NCBI RefSeq assembly: GCF_963676685.1
Contig: NC_092345.1
Span: forward strand, 48,918,001-48,982,000
DNA: 64,000 bases
Source of the DNA: Mytilus edulis
Lineage: Eukaryota
Direction of reading: 5' to 3'
Under the pieces are notes generated by a model. It worked only from the letters and a program-made list of their open reading frames with translations, searched no databases and had not been told where the DNA came from. Each line of letters opens with the position of its first letter. The first letter of the stretch is position 1. The translations under genes were made by a program, and so were the position numbers. Shown here piece after piece: positions 37,919-52,196 of this stretch.

Positions 37919-38228
37919 AATAATTTAATTTTGGATGCAACGCGTCTTTTGATTGGGTGACGTTATTTTGTTATTAGCCCATAGACATAATTTAGTCATG
38001 TGACCGTGTCAGACGTCATCAACGTTTTTTTCATGATTTTCTACGGTTTTAAATGGAATTTAGAATTAAATTATAAGAAATGACTGTAATATTTTTTCTG
38101 TCTATTCGAAATAACATAAAAATGTGGTACACACTGTTAAATAACCCGCTACGCGCGTTATTCAGTGTGCACCAAATTTTTTATGTTATTTCTTCATAGA
38201 CAGAAAAAATATTACAGTTATTCCTTAA
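37919..38228. mobile_element. Second, inverted copy of the 34362-34655 element
   Basis: Direct sequence comparison. Confidence 0.75.
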
Positions 38229-38900
38229 ATACACATTTTTTATAATATACTAGTATAAGAATAATATACATTTTTTTCCGATTCATAAACAACTAACATA
38301 GCTTTTTTATTTTACTAGCCCTGATAAGTATCTACTGTGTGAATGAAATCCCGGAAAATAGGGGAATTCATAAACCTTACAGACAAAGTGCAAGTTCACT
38401 AATATCATAAACGTTACATTCCTTTCTATCGAATATTCAATAGATACTAACCAAATAGTACATACCAATTGTCTAGTCTTTGCTGATATCTTTATGCATA
38501 GATCAGTGCATGTATACATGTCTGTGACCTTCTTTTTATGTCGATCAAACGATAAGTACCGTTGTAAAATCAGAAGGAATATAGCTTGAAAATATGGTGA
38601 GTACTTTCTCTTAATGCTATTTAGATACAGGAAACTGAAAAAAATAAGCAACCCCAAATATATTGAGCATGGAAAAAAAGTATTACAAATATACCAACCT
38701 CCAAGGTAAATTTAAAAAGGGGGACGTCCATAAAAAATGACAAAATTCAAACGTTAGACTTCATCAACCAACAGAACTAATGGAAAACAGTTATCATATT
38801 CTTGACTTGATACAGGCATTTTTTAAAGACAAGAGTTTAAAACATGGTTGTATGACTTGCTTAAACTCCCACCTGTATGACAGTGTAATCGCGGAAGTAA

Positions 38901-39139
38901 GGGAGCTACCATTTTAATTTTAGGGGGGGGGGGGTGTCCTGCGTTTTTTTTAGTTGTAATCTCTGTCCTGCCTTTTTATTTTTCACTCTATTCGGTCCTG
39001 CCTTTTTTTTATTAGTTTATCCTGACTTTTTTTACCCAAATTGTCATCCTGACTTTTTTTTTGCAAAGTGTTTCATCCTGCCTTTTTTTTTACTCAAAAC
39101 TCCTGTCCTGCCCCCCATAAAAATCAAATGGTAGCTCCC
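38901..39139. mobile_element. Tourist/PIF-Harbinger-like MITE
   Basis: TAA|GGGAGCTACCATTT ... AAATGGTAGCTCCC|TAA; internal tcctg(c/a)cttttt repeats. Confidence 0.8.
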
Positions 39140-39745
39140 TAACACAATTGATTACGTTTTATTGTTCGCAAGATTTTATGACTAGAAAGAATCCGTATGG
39201 TAATAGAATATGAAAAAAAGGTAAATAAGAAAGAAAGACCGACACAATTTTCCGACAAATGAATAACAGTCTATACAACACTCTACATGCAGCACTAGAA
39301 GTGTAGCTCATCAGAAGTGATCATTATTATAGGTAAAGAAAACAGAAAAGATGACGCGATTAGGGCAATATTTGTCACAACAGTCAACTTAAAGTCATGA
39401 TTTTCTAAGAAATGAAGCAACTGATTGGCACCCTAATTTGGTACAGACAAAAAACAAACATTTCATATAACACTCTACATATGGCACTCGCAGTGTAGCT
39501 CATTACAAGTGCTCATTATGTGAGGCACGCAGATATATAAAAGAAATTTTGAAAATGAAACGTCAAAATGTAGAAGAATTGTTGAAAAGTTTTGAATTAT
39601 TTTCACATTTCTTCACCGTTTCGTGTAATCCAATATTTTTTATCAAGATCATCAATGAATGGGCATATCAATGTTTTAAAAGCTAAACAGTGTTTATTCT
39701 TTTTTATTTTTGTTGTCAATCATATCTATATTATCAAAATTACAG

Positions 39746-42231
39746 ATGAAATCAGTCGTCTTTTTCCTTTCTCTCATAGTTTACATGTAAGTCATAGTAA
39801 TTTTATATATTGTATTTTTTGAAAGAATTTTTAGGATACGTATCTTAAGATATAAGTCAATAACAATTAATCGAAAGTTCTGACAACATTTAAAAACAGA
39901 AAGAAAACATGAGTTGGACCTTCAAATGACTGTTTCAAAAGAGGACCGAAATATACCAGAGTGACATTCAAACTCATAGATCAAAAATAAAGTGACAACG
40001 CCATGGCTAAAAACGAAAATGACAAGCAGAAACACAGAAAAAAAAACAATAGTACACAAGACACAACAAAGAATGAGCACGACGAACCCACCCAAAACTG
40101 GTGGTAATCTCATGTACTCTGGAAGGGTAAGGTAAAGCAGACCCTGTTCCACATATGGCACTTTCACGATAACAGCAGTATTGGTTTTCACATATTCTAT
40201 TAATATCTTTAGATTGAATTACACAATCTTCATTTAAAAACTTATTTGAAACAAAATGTATGTTGCAATACCATCTTATGATTTATATATTTAATTGTAT
40301 ACTAGTAATTATAATACTCATTGACAAAATAGTCATCAATTCATTGCAAAGATGGTTTTTTTATATCTCAAAAATACATTTCATATATTTATATACAATT
40401 AACATTGCTTCTTTGCAGTTTATCCGACTCAGAGCCACAAAGAGAAGTCGTTTTGTTCGACAGAGCTGACAAAAATAGAGACGGTCAATTAACACGTGCA
40501 GAACTTGACAATGTGTACCTGCTTTTTGATGTAGATCGTAGGTATTCGTGAATTAAATTGATGATTGGTTGATGTATCAGGTAAACAAATAATTCATGAA
40601 TATTCAGGAAGATTTGAACAAATCAGATTATTATGATCTGCATAGAATGTAGAGTGTAAAGGAAGAGGGGTACCAGTTAAATAAATTATAAAAATGGTAG
40701 ACCACACCTCACAATATCAATGATTTATCAAAAAGTAAAATAACAAAATTATCGAACTCAAATGTGAATTCAAATCGAAAAATCCCTGATCAAATTAAAA
40801 AGCTCACACACATTAAACAAATGGAAAACAATTGTCATATTCCTGACTTGAAACAGACATTTCCTTATGTGGGAAATTGTTGATTGAATTTCGTATTATA
40901 GCTAGCTAAACCTCTCATTTGTATTAAAGTCGCATAGCAATGCGTGAAGAAAACAAACACTTATTATAGGTTAAATTGTCATTAAAGGGGTACATCAGTC
41001 AACTTCAATTTAATACCTTTACTATCATGATACTGAGGAAACATTTTGTCGTCTTTTATGCAAATCAATATTGCTTCTTTTTAAAAAAGAACAACTGACA
41101 TATTGTTTCCGACAGATGACCATAGTATCACAAGTGCGGAATTTACAAAGGACTGGGTTGTTACGTATGCAATCGGAAACGGCAAGGAGGCAGCCAAATT
41201 ATTCTCTAAGGCCGATGTAAATGCAGATGGTGTCATCAACAAGGACGATTTGCCTTTTGTTTTTACATACTTTGATATGGACAGTAAGTTTCTTTCTCCC
41301 TTTGAATTTAAAAGATAAATTTTTATAAATCCTTAGTAACAATTGTACAATTTCATATATTTAAATAAGTTTCTATCAGTATTAAAGACCACGATAATAT
41401 ATATAACAAAATAGTCTCTACAAGTTTGAATGCCTGTTTTTAATTAATTACTCGTGCTGAGTTTACCAAATAATGACATCATGGAAGGGCGCGGGGTTAT
41501 AGTAAGTATCCAACGTTTCTAAATAAGTCTGAAATCAGCAGAATTATATTTACATAGTAGAGTAAGATTGAGATGACAAATAGATACCATCTGGTTCATA
41601 TACTACACACGAACTTCTATATGATAACACATAGACAAGTTATCAGAAAATAACCCATCAGAAGTTTGATTCACGTAAGTCACCAACTCAATTAACGCTT
41701 GCGCTTGACTATTTCAGTGCGATAAAACAATCCAAATTAAATGTCCTCAATGCTCTTCAACTTTGTTCTTGTTTGGTTTTATAATTATTTTGATATGAGC
41801 GTCACTTGTGAGTCTTTTGTAGACGAACCGCGCGTCTGGTGTACTAAATATTAATCAAGATAAGTTGGTCATCTTCCGTAACATGGTTCCAAAATGTTAC
41901 ATCTATTCAGACAAACCAAATAAACTCTTTTGATAGAAAAATTGAAAACACTGTGTTCGGACAATTATGAAAAATAAATCATAGTTTTTGTAATCTTTTC
42001 CTTGCTTTGAGATCGCTTTTTATCCCGTTAAATATACATAATGTGAAGTAAGCATTATTTATCAGAACTAATACACTAATACTATATGATTATCAATATT
42101 GTTGTAAAGGTGATGGTCATGTTAGTGTGAATGAATTTCTGACACAGTGGGGACAACTGAAACTGGAAGCAGGCCTTGAAACTATTGACATCCATCTTGA
42201 TAACAACGTAACAACTACTGCCAGTGGATAA
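39746..42231 (+). CDS. Secreted four-EF-hand calcium-binding protein, paralogue 1 (149 aa)
   Basis: Exons 39746-39786, 40419-40537, 41116-41283 and 42110-42231. Signal-like MKSVVFFLSLIVYILS; loops DKNRDGQLTRAE, DVDHDHSITSAE, DVNADGVINKDD, DMDSDGHVSVNE. TATA-like TATATAAAAG near 39534. Confidence 0.88.
41743..41850 (+). repeat. Retrozyme-type repeat with mutated hammerhead core
   Basis: gcgtca-CTTGTGA-gtcttttgtagac-GAAC-cgcgcgtc-tggtgt; both core boxes altered relative to the 13761 copy. Confidence 0.65.
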
Positions 42232-44367
42232 CATACTACACACGGATAAAACCCGAAACATAAGACACAACGGATAGACGTTGGAGGGACCCAGCGAACA
42301 TAATTCTAAATAATATTAAATAATTTTTGCTTGATAAGTTTTTATGAGAATACTTGTTATATAAAGGCTTGATTTTAACGAGATAGCATTACAATTTATT
42401 CTATAAACTAAGGTAACCAAAGTAAAATCTTATATGAGTATGATATGTATTCATCAAAGTTTTAAAAAAAAGCGGCATTTCTGTCGAAGAAAGACATTCT
42501 TTACAATGCATGAACATTAAAAACTAACAAAATATCACTGTTTTAAGCTGACTTCAGTTGAACTAGTTTAATGCAAATAAGTTTTTTAGTAGGGTTCGTG
42601 TTTCGCGGTCTTTAGTTGCTAATGTTGTGTTCTGTGGACAGCTGTTTGTCTTTTTTATCATGTTTTTAAAGCTAAAATACAAAAGATGGCGTTGAAAAAT
42701 ATAAAGGTTCTAAGCATGTAAAGCAAGAAATCTTATCCCGAAACCAATAAAAAAGTCAATATTGATATGGAAAATAGAAGTGAATAAATAAGGATTGGAT
42801 ACATATGTGTTAACAAAGTCACCGGCGACATGATGATATATGTATAATTATTATTCAAAAATGCATTCATCAACAGTCTTTAGATATGACAACATATACT
42901 GTTGTGATTCTGCATTTATATATAATTAGTTAACGGATAACAGAAAAATAGATTCGTGATCGGCTGTTTTTAAGTTTGTAGGTTATACCAAAAGAGTAGA
43001 GATCAAAGGTACTTACAGAAAAAAGTTAACATCACAAAAATACTCAACTCCGCGAGGAAAGTTCTTCATCAAATGAGTAAACAAAAACTCAAACATGTCG
43101 AACGAAAGCTATTATATATTCCTGACTTGGGACATGCATTTTCTTAGGAAGAAAATGATCGATTAACCCTGGATAATAAGCTAGCTAGAAAAACGTACTT
43201 GCTATTAATTACAGGGTGATAGGTCCAGAAAGGTCTGTGAAGGATTTAATTCCGTTTATCTATTTGTTGATGATCACAAAACATCGTCAGCTTAACAATA
43301 GAACCTTATATTTTCTATTGTTAACACAGAAACAAACAAGCTATACTAGGACGACATAGAGCAGTCACTACATCTGTCTGAGAGTAAATTATTGTCTTTA
43401 CTTAACTGGAGAGTGTTTAGAACACTTTTACTGACAAAATGAGTATTTCAACAAATAACATCGATTTTTCTTGAACTATTGTATATAAACCAACCTTGTA
43501 ATCAAAATAGTAAATATTACAAGATGTTTCTCTTATATATTCAAACAATTGTCAACAGTTTATTTGTGACCTTTTTCCTACCAAATTTGTGACTTTATGT
43601 CCTGTGACTCTCTGTCCATATACCTATTCAGTTACAATCAAGGTTTGCATATTTGGGAATTCAAACCCTTAAACAAACGTTGGAAAACAGAAAAGACAAA
43701 ATTTCAAAAAGAAATCAGCAATATGGACAACAGAGATACATTCTGTAATTTCAAATCATTTCCTTAGTTCTATCACTGCATCTGTCATAAAAACAACAGT
43801 TTTATCACTGCAATTTAAAATATTTTTTATGCCAGCACCGAAGTATTGAACTTCTGGGTTGGTAATACCAGAGACATATATACACATATATAAATTATAT
43901 ATGTCTCTGGTGATACCTTCACAAACAAGCAATTCACAAGGAGAGATGACGATCCATAGGTTGCAATAATTCTAATATGACGTGCTTCTTTCGCTTTATG
44001 AATAAACCCTTGCTCTGAATCCAATATTTATTGTTGCACATGCGTATATCGAATACTTCAGAATAATAAATTTATCAAATAGGTATGCATTTAATATTTT
44101 TCATTAACTTAAATCACTTAAAAACTTTTAAATGATGCACATATAGTTTTATTCATATTTCATGACTGTAATGTGTTGCATTCCGAAATTTGACCTAGAT
44201 ACGACAACTGTTTATGCTGACTGTTTCATAACTCCTCCCTCTCCCACAGTGCCAGCTGCTTGTTTCTATACAAACAAATAAGGGAGGTTCATGGAAGAGC
44301 CTACACAATCGCTTTACCCTTATACACATCGGACATATAAATTATCTTAATTGTCCTAATCAGAATC

Positions 44368-44527
44368 GAAATAATTGATGCAAGCTATATTCAATTGTAG
44401 TTTTAACATGGATAGGCATCATATTCGTGTTATTTTAGCCCTCACGATCGCTCGGGCAAAAAATAATGAATATAATGCCTACTCATGTTAAAACTACAAT
44501 AAAGTATAGCTTACGTCAATCATTTCA
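44368..44527. repeat. About 160-bp imperfect hairpin (non-autonomous element remnant)
   Basis: aagctata..ttgtagttttaacatg..taggcat mirrored by atgccta..catgttaaaactacaa..tatagctt. Confidence 0.7.
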
Positions 44528-45302
44528 TAATAAAACGGTACATTTCTTTAGCACAAGATGCACATTTCTACATTTTATATCTCTTTTGTAATGATCGAGG
44601 CCACAATATTTGAAGTTCAACAATTTTTAACAAACTATAAAAATAATAAAAAGTTAATACATAAGGTTTTGACAGCCAATATGGCATTATTGTTAGAATG
44701 CAGTGATTATTAAAGTGAAGAGGATATTTATTTTGCTATCCACACCAAAAGTACCAAATATATCGATGGCATGTTTTATATTTTTTATGGTTGCAGTTAT
44801 AACTTGTCAATTTCCAGAATAACATATATTGCTAAAATTTTACTTTTGATTGCCAGAATCTTTGTCAGATCAGAAATAGACGTAATTTTAAATTATCTCC
44901 CCTTATATGTTGATTTATAGTACATATTATACATTGCATATCTCTAAATATTAGACACAAATGAAAACAAATGATGTACATAACAAAATATATTGGATAC
45001 ACAAAAAATCTTTAAAATGTGCAAACAGTTTGGCAGTTTTTATGGAGACTTTTTTCAGCTATCAAAACGACAAGGGTGCTATTTATATTTCCTTGTTCTA
45101 AATGTGAGACAGTTTGGTGGTCTTTAAGCATTTTATAACATGTTATAATGGGTAGTCTGATTTATAATTGAACAATGAACAAACCAATACCTCATAAACA
45201 TATTTTTTGAAGTATTTTAATGCAAAAACTTTATTAGCGTTTTTGCACCTAGGACGTTGAATTCTAACATCCCTGGCTTATGAGAGTTTCGCTTTGTTTT
45301 TA

Positions 45303-45860
45303 TGTACTAGTATTTCACACATCAAAAACGAAACTTTAAGGACAACTTCAATATCACATACAGGTTTTATTTGACACAATGGTACTTCAAGGAAAGTGCA
45401 ATATCATTTATGCAAAGTAAAACAATGTACGGCTGTTGTTATCTTTAACTTGAAGGCTTTCTATAAATATCAGGCAAATCTGACATGCAGTTCATGACAA
45501 TCTTTGATATGCACTATATGCATTTTTTTCCTGTCATCTGTTGATAAGCTATGTGCATGTCTGCCTTCCGGCCGTGTATAAGCTGTAGGGTAAGCTTTTG
45601 TAGGTTTTTGCTAGACAAGATAATAGTTTGTTGATGAATGTTTACAATTAAATAGTAACACGACGGGTGCTTTGAGTGTGTTAGGATTAACAAATCTCTC
45701 ATATCTTATTAGACCACAAATAGTTTTCTGTGAGGTTAAAGTAGTATTTTACACAAATGATACTAACTTTTCCTTTTAGCAACACTTTTTCTAGTTATTC
45801 TTGCATGGTACTTGATATAGCCATTTAAAGTTTCGTTTTTATGTGTGAAATACTAGTACA
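45303..45860. mobile_element. MITE with about 35-bp TIRs, TA flanks
   Basis: TA|TGTACTAGTATTTCACACATcAAAAACGAAACTTT ... AAAGTTTCGTTTTTATGTGTGAAATACTAGTACA|TA. Confidence 0.75.
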
Positions 45861-46884
45861 TAAATATACACAACAAAAGTTGGCGTTCGTCTAAATTTTT
45901 AGTAGTAGTAAAGTGGGAGGTTTTGCTAACTATAAAACCAGGTTTAACCCACCTTTAACCAATTCGGGAATAGTTAAGTTGTTTTTCAATCGTTGGGTAT
46001 TTGATTTGATTTCTTCAGTTCGTATGCACTTTCCTTTTTGAAAATAATTTTGAGTTCGCTATTATTGTTTTACTGTTTGTTCATAATTAAAAATTAAAAA
46101 CATAAATTTTTAATATTGAAAAAAACAAAATTCAATGCCATACTATTTTGATTTTAAAAATTCGTTTCAGAAATTGAAGTCGAGCTAATGCTTCAAACTC
46201 ATTTAATACGGCCATCTATTTTGTTTTTTTTAATTTTCAAACACCTTGATCAAAAACAATCCATGGTATTCAATGGATTTGACAAGTTCGTCTAGTATAC
46301 CTTTATAGGTTTCAAAACTGCACTAAAAATTTAGTACTTCCATTCAAACAAAATCTTATCAAATAATACCTCATAGGTCATTGTTATGTCTTGCAGGTCT
46401 TTGTTTTTACCATCTGTTTATTTCCCTAGATTCATACTTAGGAAAGTCATATCCTGTGTGATTCGAAGGAAAAGTCTCGCGGTAAGTACTTTACGTATAC
46501 AAGTCAAGTTAACCTTTCTAAAATGTACGGAGTACTACGCCGTTTCAAAATTACCTCAGTTATTGTGTTTGTTGAGATTTTTTTCTTGAAAAATGGAAGG
46601 AGTTTTATTCTTATTTTATTCTTATTTATAAGTTATGTTAGATCTTTTTTTTAACTTTTGGTACAATCATTTGGCTTTCATTTACTGCAACGTTATTATA
46701 ATTTACTGTAAATGACACAATTAAAGAGATACCTAGCATGGAATCGCCTCGTGTCCAGCAAAGATAAGCACTATCTGTTAAGAAGTTTACGAATAAACCT
46801 TGACTGTGTACGAAAATTAAAGTACAACAGAAAAAAAGTTATTTATCTTTATGTAGGAGTAGGAGGTTAAGATAAGATCTGAGA

Positions 46885-47983
46885 ATATATTTTGTAGCAG
46901 ATACGCTGTACTGTTGATTCTAAAAAAAAAAAGAATTATCTGTAATGAATTGATTTGTTTTCATGTAAAAGAAAAACTCTCTATTTCACTTGTCAGCTCA
47001 AATGCTTATTCTAACTGGATGTATAGGGGTGGCTATAACATAAAACAAGTGGGTACAGATTGCTAACCCAAATTCATATATTTATTTATTCGAAAATATA
47101 TCCACCCATACATATATTTCGTGGGTAGATCACCGCTTATCTATATATTTCTAAGCTAGCAGAAAAACAATTGACATCTTAATCATAATGATAGAAGGCA
47201 ACGACAAATCTTATTACGTAACTACAATACCATTCTCTTCTCACGAATGTGACCAACCGAATTAGACTATTTACCGGATTTGTAATAATATAAGCAACAC
47301 GACGGTGCCAAATGTGGAGCAGGATCTGCTTAACCTTCCGGAGCAACTGAGATCACCCCCAGTTTTTGGTTGGGTTCGTGTTGCTTAGTCTTTAGTTTTT
47401 TATATAGTCAAAGTGAACTGTCAAACTAGCCAGAACGGTTATATGATATGACCTGAAAATATATATTTTGCAGCAGATATGCTTTACTGTTAATTCTAAC
47501 AAAAAATAAAGTCTCTGTAATGAATTGATTTTTTTTTATATAAAAGAGATACTCTCTATTTCGCTTGTCAGTTAAAGTAAGTTCAAATGCTTATTTTAGC
47601 TGGATGTATAGGGGTGGCTATAACATAAAACAAGTGGGTACAGATTGCTTACCCAAATTCACATATTTATTTATTCGAAAATATATCTACCCATACATAT
47701 ATATCGTAGGTAGATCAACGCCTATTTATATATTTCCAAGCTAGCAGAAAAACATTTTAATCATAATGCTGATGTGACCAGGTGGAATAAGAATATTGTT
47801 AAGTTGAATGCAGAATGTTCAATTACTTTATCAAATACGGCAAAAAAGGCAACGACAAATCTTATTATGCTGGCCACGGTTCATAATGTTGCTTCTGGTG
47901 TAACTTATTCTGCATTGACAATATAGATAAAATAACAGTATATATAGTCAAAGTGAACTGACAAACTAGCCAGAACGGTTATA
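46885..47983 (+). repeat. Imperfect local tandem duplication (about 550-bp unit) with a Penelope-like 3' fragment in copy 1
   Basis: 46885-47216 matches 47462-47868 and 47401-47443 matches 47941-47983; 47218-47400 matches the reverse complement of about 55765-55955. Confidence 0.8.
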
Positions 47984-48712
47984 GTTGTTTTATCTGGTTG
48001 AACCAGATAAAATAACTATTCAGAAAAGTTGTGTGTCCAATAGCCAATGGTGAGTTAATATCAAAAAGCCTACATGGAGTATATTTGGATACATTGAACC
48101 ATATAATACAAAATGTGTTCAATATAGTAATATCATTATAATATAAAGGTAAAATAGACATAAATGAAGTATATAAAGTTGAGAATATTATCAAATAGAT
48201 AATTTGTACATAAATCAACTTGTCCACACTAACAACACCGATAGTTCTTAAAATAATACCCGAAAACAAGATAAACATGTATTTCATACATATACTGGTC
48301 CTGCAACTGTTTTCGTCAGAAAGTAAAATATCCTTCATTTATAAGGATTGCATAGTTTGTTTTTGATTTGCTTCGATATTAAAAGGTACTTTTGCATGTT
48401 CGGATTTTGTTTCAGAGACGTATATCCCATATGCATTCGTTTCTTTGACATTATAACGTGGTTGGGTAAGTTGGTGTTGAGTCAATTCTACCTTGTTTCG
48501 TTGTATCAATATCAGTGACAAAAGGTTATATCTTTTTCTTAACAATCAAACATATGGTTCTGTTTATTTACGCCTCCCATTAAGGTTAGACAGACGGACC
48601 TATACAGAGGTAGGTGCAAAGGCTTCATACTCCCTTATAAGTGCTTTAATTTTTATTATTTAATAGACATCATTTATGCGACATATAATGGACAAACATC
48701 TTCTTGTTACAG

Positions 48713-51700
48713 ATGGGCAACCATATCATTGCTGCTATTTTAGCTGTGGTTTTTGTAAGGTAAAATCAATTTTATTTTAGATCAGTTATGAATTTTTTTT
48801 TATACTTATTTTGTTTTAAGTGTTAATAGTTCATAATGTTGATGGCAATGTATATGCTACAGTACAAATAGGAATTCGGTAGTATCCAGAATCCTCAATG
48901 TACAAAGAGGAATCACAATATCTACTAGTGCAGACTGGAATTTTTATTTGTACTAAATTATAATCAAGCAAAATTCTGAATAATTACTTTTAAAAATTTG
49001 GAAATCCAGATTTGTACTTGAAGGATTCTGGATTGTACTTAATTTCAAAATAATCCAGGATATTACTGAATATAAAAATAGTTGGTAGTATAAATCTTTT
49101 TATAATATTATTTATCATTTTAATGATGCACTCGATTAGTAGAAAAAACAAAATAATGATAACATAATCTCAATTTCTCTACCTTATTTCAAACAAAAAA
49201 ATGCTAATATTTTTTTTTTTTTTTTTTTGGCGTAAACAACCATTTTTTATTTTACTACCTTAACAAAGTTCAGAGAAACACTTTGCTTAAATTAACATGG
49301 TTGTCTTCTGAATATTAATGTTTAGACATTATTGAAAACTGCTTAACAAGTTTTTTTTTGTATTTGATAGATTTTGTATCGACCTAGTACATTGTAGTAC
49401 AAACCTAGATGTCATTATTTCTACCAGCAGATACTTGAATTCTGTGTAGTTCTGGATTTGAATTCATATAAATAAAAAAATTGAAAAAGACCAAATAGTA
49501 TCAAGCATTAAGGACCAAAAATTCTTAAAGGTTTTGCCTTTGCCAAATTGAGCACGTGTACGCGTTAAATGACGTAAAATTAAATAAAGTTGAGGAAATA
49601 AAAATAAAAAATAAACGTGTTAAAAATATTTGTAGTATTGTTGCACATCCTGGAAGACCTGCCTTACAAGACAGTCCACAGGCTCGAGTTATTTTTCAAG
49701 CAGCTGAAAGAAATCGGACAGATGATGGTTTCATCACGCCAGATGAATTTAAGGACATCTTTGCCACGTTTGATATTAATAGTGAGTTCTGTTAAACTTA
49801 GATTTTGATAACTAATCTATAATAGACTACAAACATGGGACTACAATTAATCTATTGGACCTAAAAAAACACATGGGATTTCCAGTTTTTTCTTAATCAA
49901 ATTGCAATATATATATATATATATTATAACCAAAAAAAATCATGTATTTATTGTATCCCATTTAATTTGAATACTTCAGACTGTAGCTCTAAGGAGAGGC
50001 GGCGGATTTGCAAGTTAAAACTGTCGAGTGTTTATTGTTAAATCTGGTTATTTTTAACGTTTTTGATCAATTAGAAATTAAGTATTAATTTAGAAAATCA
50101 TACTAACACTGAAGCATATACGTTAAAACTTTGAAATTTCTTGACCATCAATCATTTATTCAACTGTCCAAATGGATCACTGCATATTGCGGTTGAGACT
50201 GGACGTAACACCAGTATAGAAATAATTTATATAGATGTGATATGATTGCCAATGAGACAACTCTCCATCAGAGACCAATTCACATCTCTAGAGAATACAA
50301 CATTAGCCCATATCTCATAGCAAGCATGGAAGACCCCGAAATGGCAAATGTAAAATCATATTTTTTTTTAGCGATTCGTTATAATATGTGGTTTCAATTC
50401 TCGTGACAAGTTTGGGTTTATAATGAATTGTAACGATACTCGTGTTTGATAAGCATGCATCTTATGTTTTAATATATACAGCAACATTACCCTTAGAGTC
50501 AAGAGTTCTGTATAATAATGTGCATAGAGCGTGACAATCTCTTCATAAGAGTTGTCGGCATTAACATCTGCATCCTGTCCGAACTGGCTGTAATGTTATT
50601 CATTCCGCTTAGCCAAACGGACGCCCTACTTTGAAAATTTATTTACTGCCGATCGGAAGAGTACCGGAATGATCATATTTATCTACCCACGGGTATTATA
50701 GGGTCATCGTCAAAATCGGATTAGAAACTAAACCGTTTATGTCTGCGATAACAACTATTGTTTTACAAACAGTTCATTTTGAATTTACAGCTGATGGTGA
50801 GGTCACTGAAAAGGAGTTCTTGTTTATTTGGAAGGATCGACAACTAGGAGACTTATCGGCAGCCTCTAGTTTTTTCCATCACATTGACACAGATAGAGAC
50901 AATTTATTGTCAGAGATTCCTGATATGTCTAGAACATTCTACTACTTCGACTCAAATCGTAAGTGTTCACAAAATGGTAATGTCTTATTTTCAACTGGTT
51001 AAGTTACAACGCGACTAAATTGAAAATTTATTTGAATTGAGCAGAGAAAGACTTTGTGTAAAATATAGCAATACAAGAGATGTGATATGATTGCCAATAT
51101 GAAAAAATTCACCACAGACCAAAGGACGAACCTGTCAAAAAGTAGATGTGTTATGCATCAATTCGGTATATTTTTTCTGATATCTTCTTTGAATAATAAA
51201 TAATAATATAACATTCACACTTTTTATTGTTTATAAATCAATGTAAAAGTAATATGCAACAAAATGGAGGCATTAGTCGTTTTAAGTCAACGTGTTATTT
51301 TTCAAAGATATTCTAAACATACGCTTCAAGCAAAATTATATCTTGAAATTAGATGATGTACAATATTGTTGCTGAAATAACAACGGATTGTATAGATAAA
51401 ATGACAAAATTGTAAACTAAGGATCTGGTTACCCTTCCATCGGATCACCCCTTTTTGTGGGCTTCGTGCTGCTCAGTGTATAGTTTTCTATATTGTGTTT
51501 TGTAGACTGTGGCGTGTCCGTTGGTCGTGTTTCGTTTTTGTCATGACTTCTCTTCGACTTATGAATTTTAATAACCCTTGCCATTCAGTCACAGGACTTC
51601 ACAAATATTTCAATCTTTTATGGGTTGATTTAAAATACATATATATAAGTTAGCAATGAATGTGGATGTTAAATTTGATAGATGCTTTTTTGTGCTTCTT

Positions 51701-52196
51701 TGTTTGTTTTTGTTCTAATTGAGATTGGGACACGGTGATGACTGATGTACCCTTATTTTAATAATTTTACCTATTATGTCTGTGTTTTTTTTCACGCATC
51801 GTTGTAAATATAATTGAATTTGATGCGACTGTCATATAAGTTAGAGGTTTAGCGCTATAAAACCAGGTTCAATCCACCATTTTCTACATTTGAAACTGCC
51901 TGTACCAAGTCAGGAATATGACAGTTGTTGTCCATTTGTTTGATGTGTTTTATCATTTGGTTTTGCCATTTGATTAGGGACTTTCCGTTTTGAATTTTCC
52001 TCGGAGTTCAGTATTTTTGTGAATTTACTTTTTAGTATCTACCTTATTCTTCTAAGTTTACACAGTTTGCTGCTTTTAGATGAGTTTAGTAACATTTAAT
52101 AAAAAATGTGCTTATCTTTTATTTTGTATACTTTCAGAGGATGGAAAAGTCAGCCTGATTGAATTTGTCATCGTTTGGATCAATCTATCTCACTGA
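48713..52196 (+). CDS. Secreted four-EF-hand calcium-binding protein, paralogue 2 (139 aa)
   Basis: Exons 48713-48759, 49636-49781, 50791-50958 and 52138-52196. Signal-like MGNHIIAAILAVVFVSIVA|HPG; loops ERNRTDDGFITPDE, DINTDGEVTEKE, DTDRDNLLSEIPD, DSNQDGKVSLIE. AATAAA at about 52284. Confidence 0.88.
51740..52032 (+). repeat. SINE-like repeat (caagtcaggaatatgacag core), best-preserved copy
   Basis: Related copies at about 36530-36670, 37740-37910, 38680-38890, 40735-41010, 43020-43190, 45910-46075 and 55250-55545. Confidence 0.7.

Noticed and set aside
47979-48545. 119-aa hydrophobic ORF and adjacent 68-aa ORF
   Set aside because: Composition reflects AT-rich DNA; no motif or splice support.
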